Positions 27,697 to 35,710 of a stretch of DNA of 64,000 nt are shown in pieces; position 1 is the first letter of the stretch, and each line of letters begins with the position of its first letter. Below the pieces are notes generated by a model. It searched no databases. It was not told the origin of the DNA and saw only the letters and a list, made by a program, of their open reading frames with translations. The stretch comes from Candidatus Dojkabacteria bacterium (GTDB taxonomy: Bacteria > Patescibacteriota > Dojkabacteria > JAHIVN01), in assembly GCA_016932045.1 (NCBI GenBank), contig JAFGDO010000032.1, positions 127,612-191,611 of the forward strand. Direction: 5' to 3'. Both the position numbers and the translations under genes were made by a program.

Positions 27697-27782
27697 TTAG
27701 ATAGTCAGATAGCTGGTAACTGTAAGCTGATAGCTAGATGGCTGGATAGCTATCTTAGGTGATAAAAAAGGCATAGCGCTTT

Positions 27783-27986
27783 TTATTTATCCCGCTGTGC
27801 TCTTATAAATGTTTCTACTGATCTATCGCACGTTTTTTCAGCTTCTTTCGGGAAAAGACAGCCGGGGATTTCGCCCCTCTGTCTATGGTATTTGATGCAC
27901 TCACAGCATAAGCCTTTTCTTGAGCAGGAGGGATATGTGCAGGTACAGTTTTTCAGGTTTTCTTCTTGAGTACACTGTTCGGCCAT
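27783..27986 (-). CDS. small cysteine-rich protein (9 Cys in 67 aa; probable metal-binding)
   Basis: CTQEENLKNCTCTYPSCSRKGLCCECIKYH…PGC…C. Confidence 0.5.
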   Translation of the reverse strand: MAEQCTQEENLKNCTCTYPSCSRKGLCCECIKYHRQRGEIPGCLFPKEAEKTCDRSVETFIRAQRDK

Positions 27987-28011
27987 GAGTCATTACCTGT
28001 CCGGCTTTTAT

Positions 28012-28073
28012 GGTCAAAGGTTAAACCTTTGACCAGTGCGGGACTATACTAGTCAAAAGTTCAACTTTCGACT
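28012..28073. promoter_or_regulatory. tandem near-identical palindromes (candidate operator pair)
   Basis: GGTCAAAGG-TTAAA-CCTTTGACC (28012-28034, perfect 9-bp arms) and AGTCAAAAGTT-C-AACTTTCGACT (28051-28073, one mismatch). Located between the AMMECR1 stop and the Cys-rich gene start, with no U-tract after either hairpin. Confidence 0.35.
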
Positions 28074-28091
28074 ATAACTAAAATAAATTTA

Positions 28092-28655
28092 CTACTCACT
28101 GAATTTTAGAACATTATAAGTTTCAATTTCTAGATTTCCCTTTTGCCAATCATTTATTCCCAGACCTGCCTTTAAACATAGATGAGACAGGAATTCTTGA
28201 GGTGTCTTAAGCTCATCCCATACTTGTGGCAGGAAAGTTGCAGAATATAGATTCTGTCGTAGAATGACTCCTGGTTTTTCTTTTCTGAGTTTTGTTATCA
28301 GGTTATCTGGATTTTTGTATTTAAGCAACTTAGGTTTATCCAGAATTGAAATTTCAATTTTTACCTTTTTGAACTCTTCCTTTGTGAGCTGGGCGAAGCG
28401 AGGGTCATCAAACGCAGCGGAGTAAGTGTTTTCAACTACATCCTTGTAAATTTCTTGAACAGGATATATTTTACCTATACAACCCCGGAGTTTTCCGTTT
28501 ATTGTAAGAGTTACAAATGTTGCTCTGTTTTGCCTTAAGTTTTCAGGGATGTCCGAATCTTTTACAACCAATCCCTTACCAGTTTCAAAAATTTTCTCTA
28601 GGGCCTTTCTTGAAAGGTTAAGAAGGTATTCTTGTTCCTTTTTTGGTAGATCCAT
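28092..28655 (-). CDS. AMMECR1-domain protein (AmmeMemoRadiSam system protein A)
   Basis: ATFVTLTINGKLRGCIGKI conserved Cys motif of AMMECR1. Confidence 0.85.
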   Translation of the reverse strand: MDLPKKEQEYLLNLSRKALEKIFETGKGLVVKDSDIPENLRQNRATFVTLTINGKLRGCIGKIYPVQEIYKDVVENTYSAAFDDPRFAQLTKEEFKKVKIEISILDKPKLLKYKNPDNLITKLRKEKPGVILRQNLYSATFLPQVWDELKTPQEFLSHLCLKAGLGINDWQKGNLEIETYNVLKFSE

Positions 28656-28677
28656 AATAGGAGTGTTATTTAAAGCT

Positions 28678-29466
28678 TTACTTGTGAAATATTATTGATG
28701 CATAGCCAACTACCTTGGTTTTCTCCCCCGAAGTATCCCCAGACGTCCTATAATCAAGAAGTTTGGGTTTCCAGTGGTTTAATTTTGCAAGTTCTATAAG
28801 TATCATTATCCCAGCGGCTCCACATGCCTCCTCCTGATTAATTGTTGATTCAAGGGCTAATATCTTTTTAATTGTTTTTTCATCACACTTCTTTGCCTCC
28901 TTGTAAGATAGGTAATGAGAAAAATCCGAGCTGACTACAAGCAAAGTGTCTTCTTTTATATAGTTGTTAAGAGCCAAAGCTATTTCTTTGTGGCTCGTGA
29001 TCCTTCCTGTATTTAAAGGAGTAATCTCGAAGTCGCAAAGAATCGTTTGTAAAAAAGGTAATTGTACCTCTATACTGTGTTCAAAAGCATGGGCTTCATT
29101 CAATAATTTAAATGTGCTCCCGTCGTTCAGTTCTTTGTATAGAGTAGAGGAGGGAATACTGCCCAGAGGAGTTTGCCAGAGGTCAAAATTTGATAAGGCT
29201 ACGCCTTGAAACATCATTCTATGAGAGGTGCCTATAATAATTATATTTTTAGCTTTTTGTCCCCTAGCTTGAATTATCTTGTATCCATAAGCTGCAATTG
29301 GTCCAGAGTAAGCATACCCGGCATGAGGGGAAATTACTGCTTTGATTTCTTTTACTGGGTCAGAAGGTTTGGCATCTAGTAAGTATTTATTTACCGAGTT
29401 TTTTAGTCCCTGTTCATCCTCGGGATAAAAACTACCGGAAAAAGCAGGAGGGCGGATAGTAGTCAT
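28678..29466 (-). CDS. MEMO1-family protein (AmmeMemoRadiSam system protein B)
   Basis: PAFSGSFYPED…ISPHAGYAYSGP…IIIIGTSH motifs of Memo-like / extradiol-dioxygenase-B-like proteins. Confidence 0.8.
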   Translation of the reverse strand: MTTIRPPAFSGSFYPEDEQGLKNSVNKYLLDAKPSDPVKEIKAVISPHAGYAYSGPIAAYGYKIIQARGQKAKNIIIIGTSHRMMFQGVALSNFDLWQTPLGSIPSSTLYKELNDGSTFKLLNEAHAFEHSIEVQLPFLQTILCDFEITPLNTGRITSHKEIALALNNYIKEDTLLVVSSDFSHYLSYKEAKKCDEKTIKKILALESTINQEEACGAAGIMILIELAKLNHWKPKLLDYRTSGDTSGEKTKVVGYASIIFHK

Positions 29467-29505
29467 TGGTGTTTGCCTTAGATGTTAGTTACAAAGGATG
29501 AATTA

Positions 29506-29994
29506 TTATAACTGTTTTGAGAAGATAAAACTAGGTAGAAGCTTACCTTTTTCGATTTCCCAGTTAGTTTCACCACTGATTTTAAAACCATTCTTTTCCC
29601 AGAAGTGTAGCACTCCCTTTTTAAGGTAGGGGTGTTTTTTATTTACCGGGCAGTATAGATTTTTACAGCTGTACCTTTTTGAGACTGCTATAAGTATATT
29701 TAATAACTTACTTCCGAGTCCTTTGTTTCTATATTCTTTTCTGACTGTAATTATTGAGATATAGCCGAGGTTTCCAGATTCATCATGCGTCTTTGAGATG
29801 TCATGATTATAGGGAGGGAAAGTTTGCTTTTTATGTATCTCCCACCCGAGATAGGCGAGTACGTCTTTCTGCTCTTTTATAATGATCAGCCCATCTTTAA
29901 ATGTATTCTCTAAAGACCTGAGTGTATTGAGATTTACCCCTCCATTCCTAAATGTTTCTTTTTCGATTGTTTCAATCTGCTGAAGGTCATCCAT
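29506..29994 (-). CDS. GNAT family N-acetyltransferase
   Basis: RNKGLGSKLLNILI acetyl-CoA binding segment. Confidence 0.8.
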   Translation of the reverse strand: MDDLQQIETIEKETFRNGGVNLNTLRSLENTFKDGLIIIKEQKDVLAYLGWEIHKKQTFPPYNHDISKTHDESGNLGYISIITVRKEYRNKGLGSKLLNILIAVSKRYSCKNLYCPVNKKHPYLKKGVLHFWEKNGFKISGETNWEIEKGKLLPSFIFSKQL

Positions 29995-30107
29995 TAATAT
30001 ATTTTATAATATTTCTTTGGCATTTTGAAGGCGAATTTATGTTTCGATGTTACTTATTATTATGAAAGCCGTTAAAGAGTTTAATTAAATTATTAGTAAA
30101 TGACATC

Positions 30108-30959
30108 ATGAATAGTGAAAACAAAATCTGTAACCAAGAAGCGGCAGATAAATCTAACCAAGGAGGAGATTCTGATAGCTTTTTCTGCCTTGTTAAACAA
30201 TCTGGTAAAAGACAAGTGGCTTTCTTAGTAGCATTTCTGATAATTTCAGTAGTGTTAGGCGGAGCTGTCTTTGCTTATGGTTATATAAATACTTCGAATA
30301 GTAAGGAGAAGGATAGTGTTGGAAAGAATAATATCACAGAAGACAAAAAGAACTCGGAAAGGAATGGAGATCATAAAGAGGAGGTTAATGAGGATACTAT
30401 CGTAGGACAGGGAGATGTACAGAAATCAAAGACATTTTCAATTACTAAAGAGGAAGCAACTTTTGAATTTGAATATTTCGACTATTATTATGCTTCTGAG
30501 TTTCCATTCGAGGGATCTGAATACTTTCCAGTAGAGATAAATGTAAGGACAACGGAAGAAACGCCTTCGTATGAATCCTCAGATACTGAAACAGTTGCAA
30601 ATGTTTTGATAGTAAAAAAGAGTGAGGCAAGAGAAAATGTGAGTGGGTTTCCGGGAGAATTGACGGAAGAAGAAGGTTTTCTGATGACATATACTGCAAA
30701 TCAGTGTTTTATAGCAAACGGCCCATACGAACACATAATCTTAGATGGAAATGAAGTTGTGAGGATAGAAGAAACGGAAGAGTGTTTTCTGCCATCAGAG
30801 GGGGATGATCCTATATCGCCTCTTAAAACGAACGTCATCGCCTATGGTGTAAGTCTCGATGATGAGTATTTTGGGATAGTCTATAATATTAGCTATGGTA
30901 ACGATATCCTTCGAGATGATATATTGCGGCAAATAGCAGGAAGTATAAGAGTAGTGTGA
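30108..30959 (+). CDS. hypothetical membrane-anchored acidic protein
   Basis: Single TM (VAFLVAFLIISVVLGGAVFAYGY) followed by an acidic extracytoplasmic domain. Confidence 0.55.
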   Translation: MNSENKICNQEAADKSNQGGDSDSFFCLVKQSGKRQVAFLVAFLIISVVLGGAVFAYGYINTSNSKEKDSVGKNNITEDKKNSERNGDHKEEVNEDTIVGQGDVQKSKTFSITKEEATFEFEYFDYYYASEFPFEGSEYFPVEINVRTTEETPSYESSDTETVANVLIVKKSEARENVSGFPGELTEEEGFLMTYTANQCFIANGPYEHIILDGNEVVRIEETEECFLPSEGDDPISPLKTNVIAYGVSLDDEYFGIVYNISYGNDILRDDILRQIAGSIRVV

Positions 30960-31022
30960 TTCAGAGAAGTTTTATAAAAAGGCTACATGGATGTATAATT
31001 CTATGTAGCCTTTTCTATTTCT

Positions 31023-31904
31023 ATGAACAAACACATTATAGATTTCTTCTGGCACAAAGGAAAACCGTATTTGGTGACGAAAGAATTAAATTCTTCTCAC
31101 TATCAGAAAGAACCTCTTGTGGGGTTTAAATTCAATATCAAATTAAAGAAAAAAAGGTTATGCCCAGGGACCTACTCTTTACTTAAATGGCGGTATCAAG
31201 AATGTTCAGAAGGTAAAGATCTTACTGGAACTGGCTATCGCAGATGTAAGGTATGTGAGGATAAAATTGGTTTTAAGAATGCATTTCTATTTAACGGGAA
31301 TATTACGAATAAAGATCTAAGGGAATATCTTGGGCAGGAGCATTTAGTATATCTTGCGCAATTCCCTCCTGACATAATTAAGGTAGGAACTACATCTGTT
31401 CTAAGAAAGTACGATCGCTTATATGAGCAAGATGCTAGAATTTTTGCTTTTATAGCAAGAGCAACTGGGTTTGATATCCAATCGATCGAACGATTTATTT
31501 CCAGGGAACTAAACCTTCGAGAGAGTGTGTCACTCAGGCATAAATTAAAATACTTGGGTTTGGAAACGATGAAAGATAAAGCTTTCAATAACATTAAAGT
31601 GGTTTCTGAACTGGTGAAGAAAAAGCTTAAAGGAACCGAATTTGAAGCGTGGCTTTTAGATGAGGTTGAGCTGGGAGAGCTTGATGCTATTGGAACAGGA
31701 GTAGACCTCTCAAATGTTGAGTTATTAAAAAAATACACGGAAGTAGGGGGAAGAGTTAAAACCGTAAGAGGCAGAGTAGTAATTTTCGAAAATAATTCAG
31801 AGCTTTTTGCAATAGATGGGAAGAAATTGATAGGGGAGGTTATTGAGGAGCCTCAGCAAGATATAGTTTTAAAGGGGAAAAACGAACAAATGGGACTAAT
31901 CTAA
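31023..31904 (+). CDS. hypothetical protein with N-terminal Cys4 zinc-ribbon-like motif
   Basis: CPGT…C…CKVC cluster near the N-terminus; otherwise unrecognised. Confidence 0.5.
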   Translation: MNKHIIDFFWHKGKPYLVTKELNSSHYQKEPLVGFKFNIKLKKKRLCPGTYSLLKWRYQECSEGKDLTGTGYRRCKVCEDKIGFKNAFLFNGNITNKDLREYLGQEHLVYLAQFPPDIIKVGTTSVLRKYDRLYEQDARIFAFIARATGFDIQSIERFISRELNLRESVSLRHKLKYLGLETMKDKAFNNIKVVSELVKKKLKGTEFEAWLLDEVELGELDAIGTGVDLSNVELLKKYTEVGGRVKTVRGRVVIFENNSELFAIDGKKLIGEVIEEPQQDIVLKGKNEQMGLI

Positions 31905-31932
31905 TAAAAAAGAATAGTGGGAGATTAGAAGC

Positions 31933-32991
31933 TTATGCCCATACACCATCTATTCTTCCGGCACACCTGTCACATACACCTCTTTTTAAGGTTTGAAGCT
32001 TGGAAAATCCCCAGTCCCGTTTGATTAAAGTATTATTGCATGCTGGACAGTAGGTGCTCTGAAGATCCTCTCCCCAAATATTCCCGCCATAAACATATTT
32101 CAGACCCACCTCTTTACCGATTTTATAGGCCTCTCTAATCTTCTTTTCAGATGTAGTCATCTTATCCTTCATTTTATAAGCTGGAGAAAAACTTGAAACA
32201 TGCCAGGGTATTGAGGGAGAAACTGATAAAATAAATTCAGCGATTTGTGTAAGTTCTTTCTTCGAGTCGTTTTCACCCGGTATCACAAGGGTTGTGACCT
32301 CTACCCATACACCTTTTTTGTGATAGTATTTTATATTATCCAAAACAGGTTGGAGTCGGGCTTTACATGTTTTTTTATAAAAGTCATCAGAAAAGGATTT
32401 AAGATCAATATTAATGGCATCGAGGTAGGGGGTAATTTTGTCAATTGCATCGTGCGATGCATATCCATTTGATACATAGACATTTCTGATCCCGGCTTTA
32501 CTTGCAAGTATTGCAGTATCGTAGGTATATTCGAAAAATATTGCAGGCTCATTGTATGTATAGGCTATTGAAGGAATCTTTTTTTCTTCGCAAAAGCTTA
32601 CAATTGCTTCAGGGGGTAGATCGTATCCGTACCTAGTAACCTCAAGTTTCAGGTCTTTTAGCCTTTTTTCTTTGGATAGTTTCTTCTTAAATTCTTTTGC
32701 TGCTTGAGATATATCCCAATTCTGACAAAAGCTGCACCCAAAATTGCATCCGATTGTACCTATAGAAAAGACCTTGGTACCGGGAAGAAAGTGGAATAAT
32801 GGTTTTTTTTCTATTGGATCAATATTTGCAGCAACTGCTTTACCATAGACCAAAAGGTAGAGATCTCCGCTTATATTCTGTCGTACTCCGCATATGCCGG
32901 TGTTTCCGTCGCCAATTAAACAAAATTGCTTACAGGCTGTGCATTTAACGAATTTATTTTTCACCTTTTGATATAAAAGTGCTTTTTTCAT
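31933..32991 (-). CDS. AmmeMemoRadiSam system radical SAM enzyme (PFL-activase-like)
   Basis: N-terminal CTACKQFC…GICGV Cys cluster, radical SAM CNFGCSFCQNW (CxxxCxxC). Confidence 0.85.
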   Translation of the reverse strand: MKKALLYQKVKNKFVKCTACKQFCLIGDGNTGICGVRQNISGDLYLLVYGKAVAANIDPIEKKPLFHFLPGTKVFSIGTIGCNFGCSFCQNWDISQAAKEFKKKLSKEKRLKDLKLEVTRYGYDLPPEAIVSFCEEKKIPSIAYTYNEPAIFFEYTYDTAILASKAGIRNVYVSNGYASHDAIDKITPYLDAINIDLKSFSDDFYKKTCKARLQPVLDNIKYYHKKGVWVEVTTLVIPGENDSKKELTQIAEFILSVSPSIPWHVSSFSPAYKMKDKMTTSEKKIREAYKIGKEVGLKYVYGGNIWGEDLQSTYCPACNNTLIKRDWGFSKLQTLKRGVCDRCAGRIDGVWA

Positions 32992-33323
32992 GGACAGAGA
33001 TGTAAAGAACTAGACTTTGGTTTCCAATTATACCTTTTTAAGTCTACCATGTATTTATCTGAAACAGCAATGCCTTCTTTTTCTAGGAGTTCTTTTTGAA
33101 GCTGTTTAGGAGCGTTTGGATTTTTGATACTAATGAAACCTTTTGAGTTTATTACGCGCCACCAGGGAATATCGAGTCCCTCAGGCATGTTGAAAAGTGC
33201 CCATCCGACCTGCCTTGCAGCCCGTGGTTTACCGAGTAAAATGGCGATAAAACCATAGGAGGTTACCTTTCCTTTAGGGATTTTTGAAACTAGATCATAA
33301 ACTTTTAGGTGAAAAGGGGACAC
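32988..33323 (-). CDS. alkyltransferase-like protein (MGMT-family DNA-binding domain lacking the active-site Cys)
   Basis: MGMT fold motifs (VTSYGFIAILLG…ARQVGWAL) but PWWRV in place of the PCHRV active site. GTG start. 4-nt overlap with the radical SAM gene. Confidence 0.7.
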   Translation of the reverse strand: MSPFHLKVYDLVSKIPKGKVTSYGFIAILLGKPRAARQVGWALFNMPEGLDIPWWRVINSKGFISIKNPNAPKQLQKELLEKEGIAVSDKYMVDLKRYNWKPKSSSLHLCP

Positions 33324-33451
33324 TTGTGAGAAATTAAGAATTAAAAATGAGCAATTACAGGAGTCTTCCTGCCGGCAATCTTCAATTATTCGATGATACA
33401 GATATTCAATTAATAATTTGAAATCAAACGATAAAACTATGCGTCTATTAA

Positions 33452-34087
33452 CTATTTATCTACTTGACCTTCTATGTCATCTTGTACCTTCTCAATGGAT
33501 TGTTCTCCATTTATTTTGATAAGGATTCCCTTGTCTTTGTAATATTTAGTTAAAGGCTCTGTTTCTTTATGATACGTTGCAATTCTCTTTTTTACAGCTT
33601 CTTCTGTCTCGTCTTCTCGCTGTTCTAGCTTTGAGCCGCACTTGTCACAGATGTTGTCGACTTTTGGTTTTGGAGCTGTGTATATGTTGTATATTGTCTG
33701 ACAGGTTTTGTTCGAGCACGTTCTTCTTCCTGTAAGGCGGTTTATCGCTTCTTTGTCGGATATTTCTAATAGCACCACTTTATCTAACTTAAGAAATTCA
33801 TCTAATAATCTAGCTTGGTTTAGGTTTCTGGGGAATCCATCTAAAATTACGCCCTTTTTAGTATCATCTTTTTTTAATCTTTTGCTTACGAGCTTGACGG
33901 TCAGATCATCTGGGACAAAGATACCTTTGTCAATTAAATCCTTTATTTTGCTTCCAACTTCTGTCGTTGGATCGAGACTTCTAAATATATCGCCGCTTGA
34001 CACATGCGGTATCTTAAGTTTTTTAGATAGCAATTTGGCCTGTGTCCCTTTACCGGAACCCTGTACACCAATCATTAGGATGTTCAT
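33452..34087 (-). CDS. adk: adenylate kinase
   Basis: P-loop GVQGSGKGTQA, zinc-lid Cys4 (C…C…CDKC). Confidence 0.9.
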   Translation of the reverse strand: MNILMIGVQGSGKGTQAKLLSKKLKIPHVSSGDIFRSLDPTTEVGSKIKDLIDKGIFVPDDLTVKLVSKRLKKDDTKKGVILDGFPRNLNQARLLDEFLKLDKVVLLEISDKEAINRLTGRRTCSNKTCQTIYNIYTAPKPKVDNICDKCGSKLEQREDETEEAVKKRIATYHKETEPLTKYYKDKGILIKINGEQSIEKVQDDIEGQVDK

Positions 34088-34128
34088 TGAGTAATTAATA
34101 ATTAATAATTAATAATAAGGAGGAAGTT

Positions 34129-34155
34129 CGGCCATCTAACCATCCAGCCGTCCGG
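34129..34155 (+). repeat. family A copy 3
   Basis: GGCCATCTAACCATCCAGCCGTCCGGC. A partial inverted copy (GCTATCCAGCCATCTAGC) lies at about 27737-27754. Confidence 0.5.
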
Positions 34156-34213
34156 CTATTTACTTCGTATTATTCTCCGCCTAACAATCTCTACATCTGT
34201 AACGTCAATATTT

Positions 34214-34921
34214 TTACAGTGCCGGGTTCATTCCCCATACGGATAATAACCAAAATACGGATGAGACGACAAGAATAATTATTGACAATACAGCAAGAAT
34301 TCTCGAAACGGTTCTTTTAAGTCTGGAAGGATCAAAGGAAATTGCAGGATCAAATATAAAACCGAGCACAATTCCTCCAAGGAGGCCTCCTATGTGTGCC
34401 CAATTGTTGATAGCTGGGTTGATCATCCCGTATATCAAGTTATAAGCTATAAAGGGAACTAATTGCCTTTCATCTATTGGTAAGTCAAAAACATAAGTCT
34501 TTTTTGCCCATCCGTTTCCAAGTAGAAGTCCTGCAAGGCCAAATAGGGCTCCCGACGCCCCGGCTGATATCCCGTTTGTAAATATTAAACTAAGAATACT
34601 TGATGTTATGGCGGTTATAACATACGTTGAAAGCAACTTTTTCTGTCCGAAAAATTTTTCAATAAATGTACCGAGCTGATACAGGGTATAGGAATTCACA
34701 AGAAGATGTATAGGACCAATGTGCAAAAAGGCACAGCTTATAAGTCGCCAAATTTCACCTTCTAAAACAAGCTCTTTGAAAAGTGCCCCAAATCTTAGTA
34801 ATACAAGACTATTCGTTGACCCTCCAGCAATTTCTGTTGCCAACCAAATTATGATATTAGTGATGATCAATGCATAGGTGAGTTTTGCGTTTACTTTTAA
34901 TCTGAAGAAAAGATTATTCAT
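34214..34921 (-). CDS. rhomboid family intramembrane serine protease
   Basis: GASGALFGLAG (Ser) and AHIGGLLGG (His) in TM helices. Confidence 0.85.
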   Translation of the reverse strand: MNNLFFRLKVNAKLTYALIITNIIIWLATEIAGGSTNSLVLLRFGALFKELVLEGEIWRLISCAFLHIGPIHLLVNSYTLYQLGTFIEKFFGQKKLLSTYVITAITSSILSLIFTNGISAGASGALFGLAGLLLGNGWAKKTYVFDLPIDERQLVPFIAYNLIYGMINPAINNWAHIGGLLGGIVLGFIFDPAISFDPSRLKRTVSRILAVLSIIILVVSSVFWLLSVWGMNPAL

Positions 34922-35017
34922 ATGAAATTACGATACTGTCTCCAAATGGATCAGCTTTATCATATAAAATTTAAGGGTTATCGGAAACCAAGCGCAAAGA
35001 TATAAAATATTCTTTGC

Positions 35018-35557
35018 CTATTGAATATCTATCGTTACAGATGCAGACTTGGTTCTTGTTCCATCTGTATTTACAACCTCAGCCCAAACAGAATATCGTC
35101 CTTGCGGTACTTTCGCCCAGGAAGTTTTGTATTCACCTTTTTCAAGTCCTCTGTAGCCCTCTCCGATTTCTAGGATCTCTCCGCCACTTTTTTGTGCAAG
35201 AAATACCACTATCTCGCCATTTGTGTAAAAGCCTTTCGTTGACAGTCCTATGATTTCATCGGGAAGTGCAATGGAAGAATAATTCTCAGGATAAATCATA
35301 AAAAATTCATTCGTAATCGTGATATCTTCTCCGGTTTGGGGAAGAGAAAAGTCAACTGTAGGCCAGGTTGCAACTGAGGAAATGTAAATAAGTGAGCCAA
35401 CAAGTGCGCAAACACTTATAATTACTACCGGCATTGTTCTGCCGAGTACGTTTAAAAGGTCGAGTTTTTTCTCGATCTTTTCAATTTTGGCGAGAAGTCC
35501 TTCTATAGACTTTTTTTTAGTTTGGGGCATTTTATCTTTTTTCTTTTGAGGTTTCAT
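35018..35557 (-). CDS. hypothetical membrane-anchored protein
   Basis: K-rich cytoplasmic tail, one TM, extracytoplasmic domain. Confidence 0.5.
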   Translation of the reverse strand: MKPQKKKDKMPQTKKKSIEGLLAKIEKIEKKLDLLNVLGRTMPVVIISVCALVGSLIYISSVATWPTVDFSLPQTGEDITITNEFFMIYPENYSSIALPDEIIGLSTKGFYTNGEIVVFLAQKSGGEILEIGEGYRGLEKGEYKTSWAKVPQGRYSVWAEVVNTDGTRTKSASVTIDIQ

Positions 35558-35710
35558 AGGTGGAAATTTATAATTGATTACTTATAAGATACTAGATAAA
35601 AGGGACTATGTAAAGGGGAGTAAACGAAACCAGAATTCATTAGTCCGTATTTTGGATCATCCAGTTTATACCCTAGACTTGAATGAGGAATAGAAAAAAC
35701 GAAGTAAGAA

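Noticed and set aside
27690-27765. Run of GATAGY-type short repeats after prmC, considered as a possible CRISPR or microsatellite
   Set aside because: Units are 6-8 nt, irregular, with no repeat-spacer periodicity and no cas genes. Part of it matches an inverted family-A repeat. Treated as an intergenic repeat or hairpin region.
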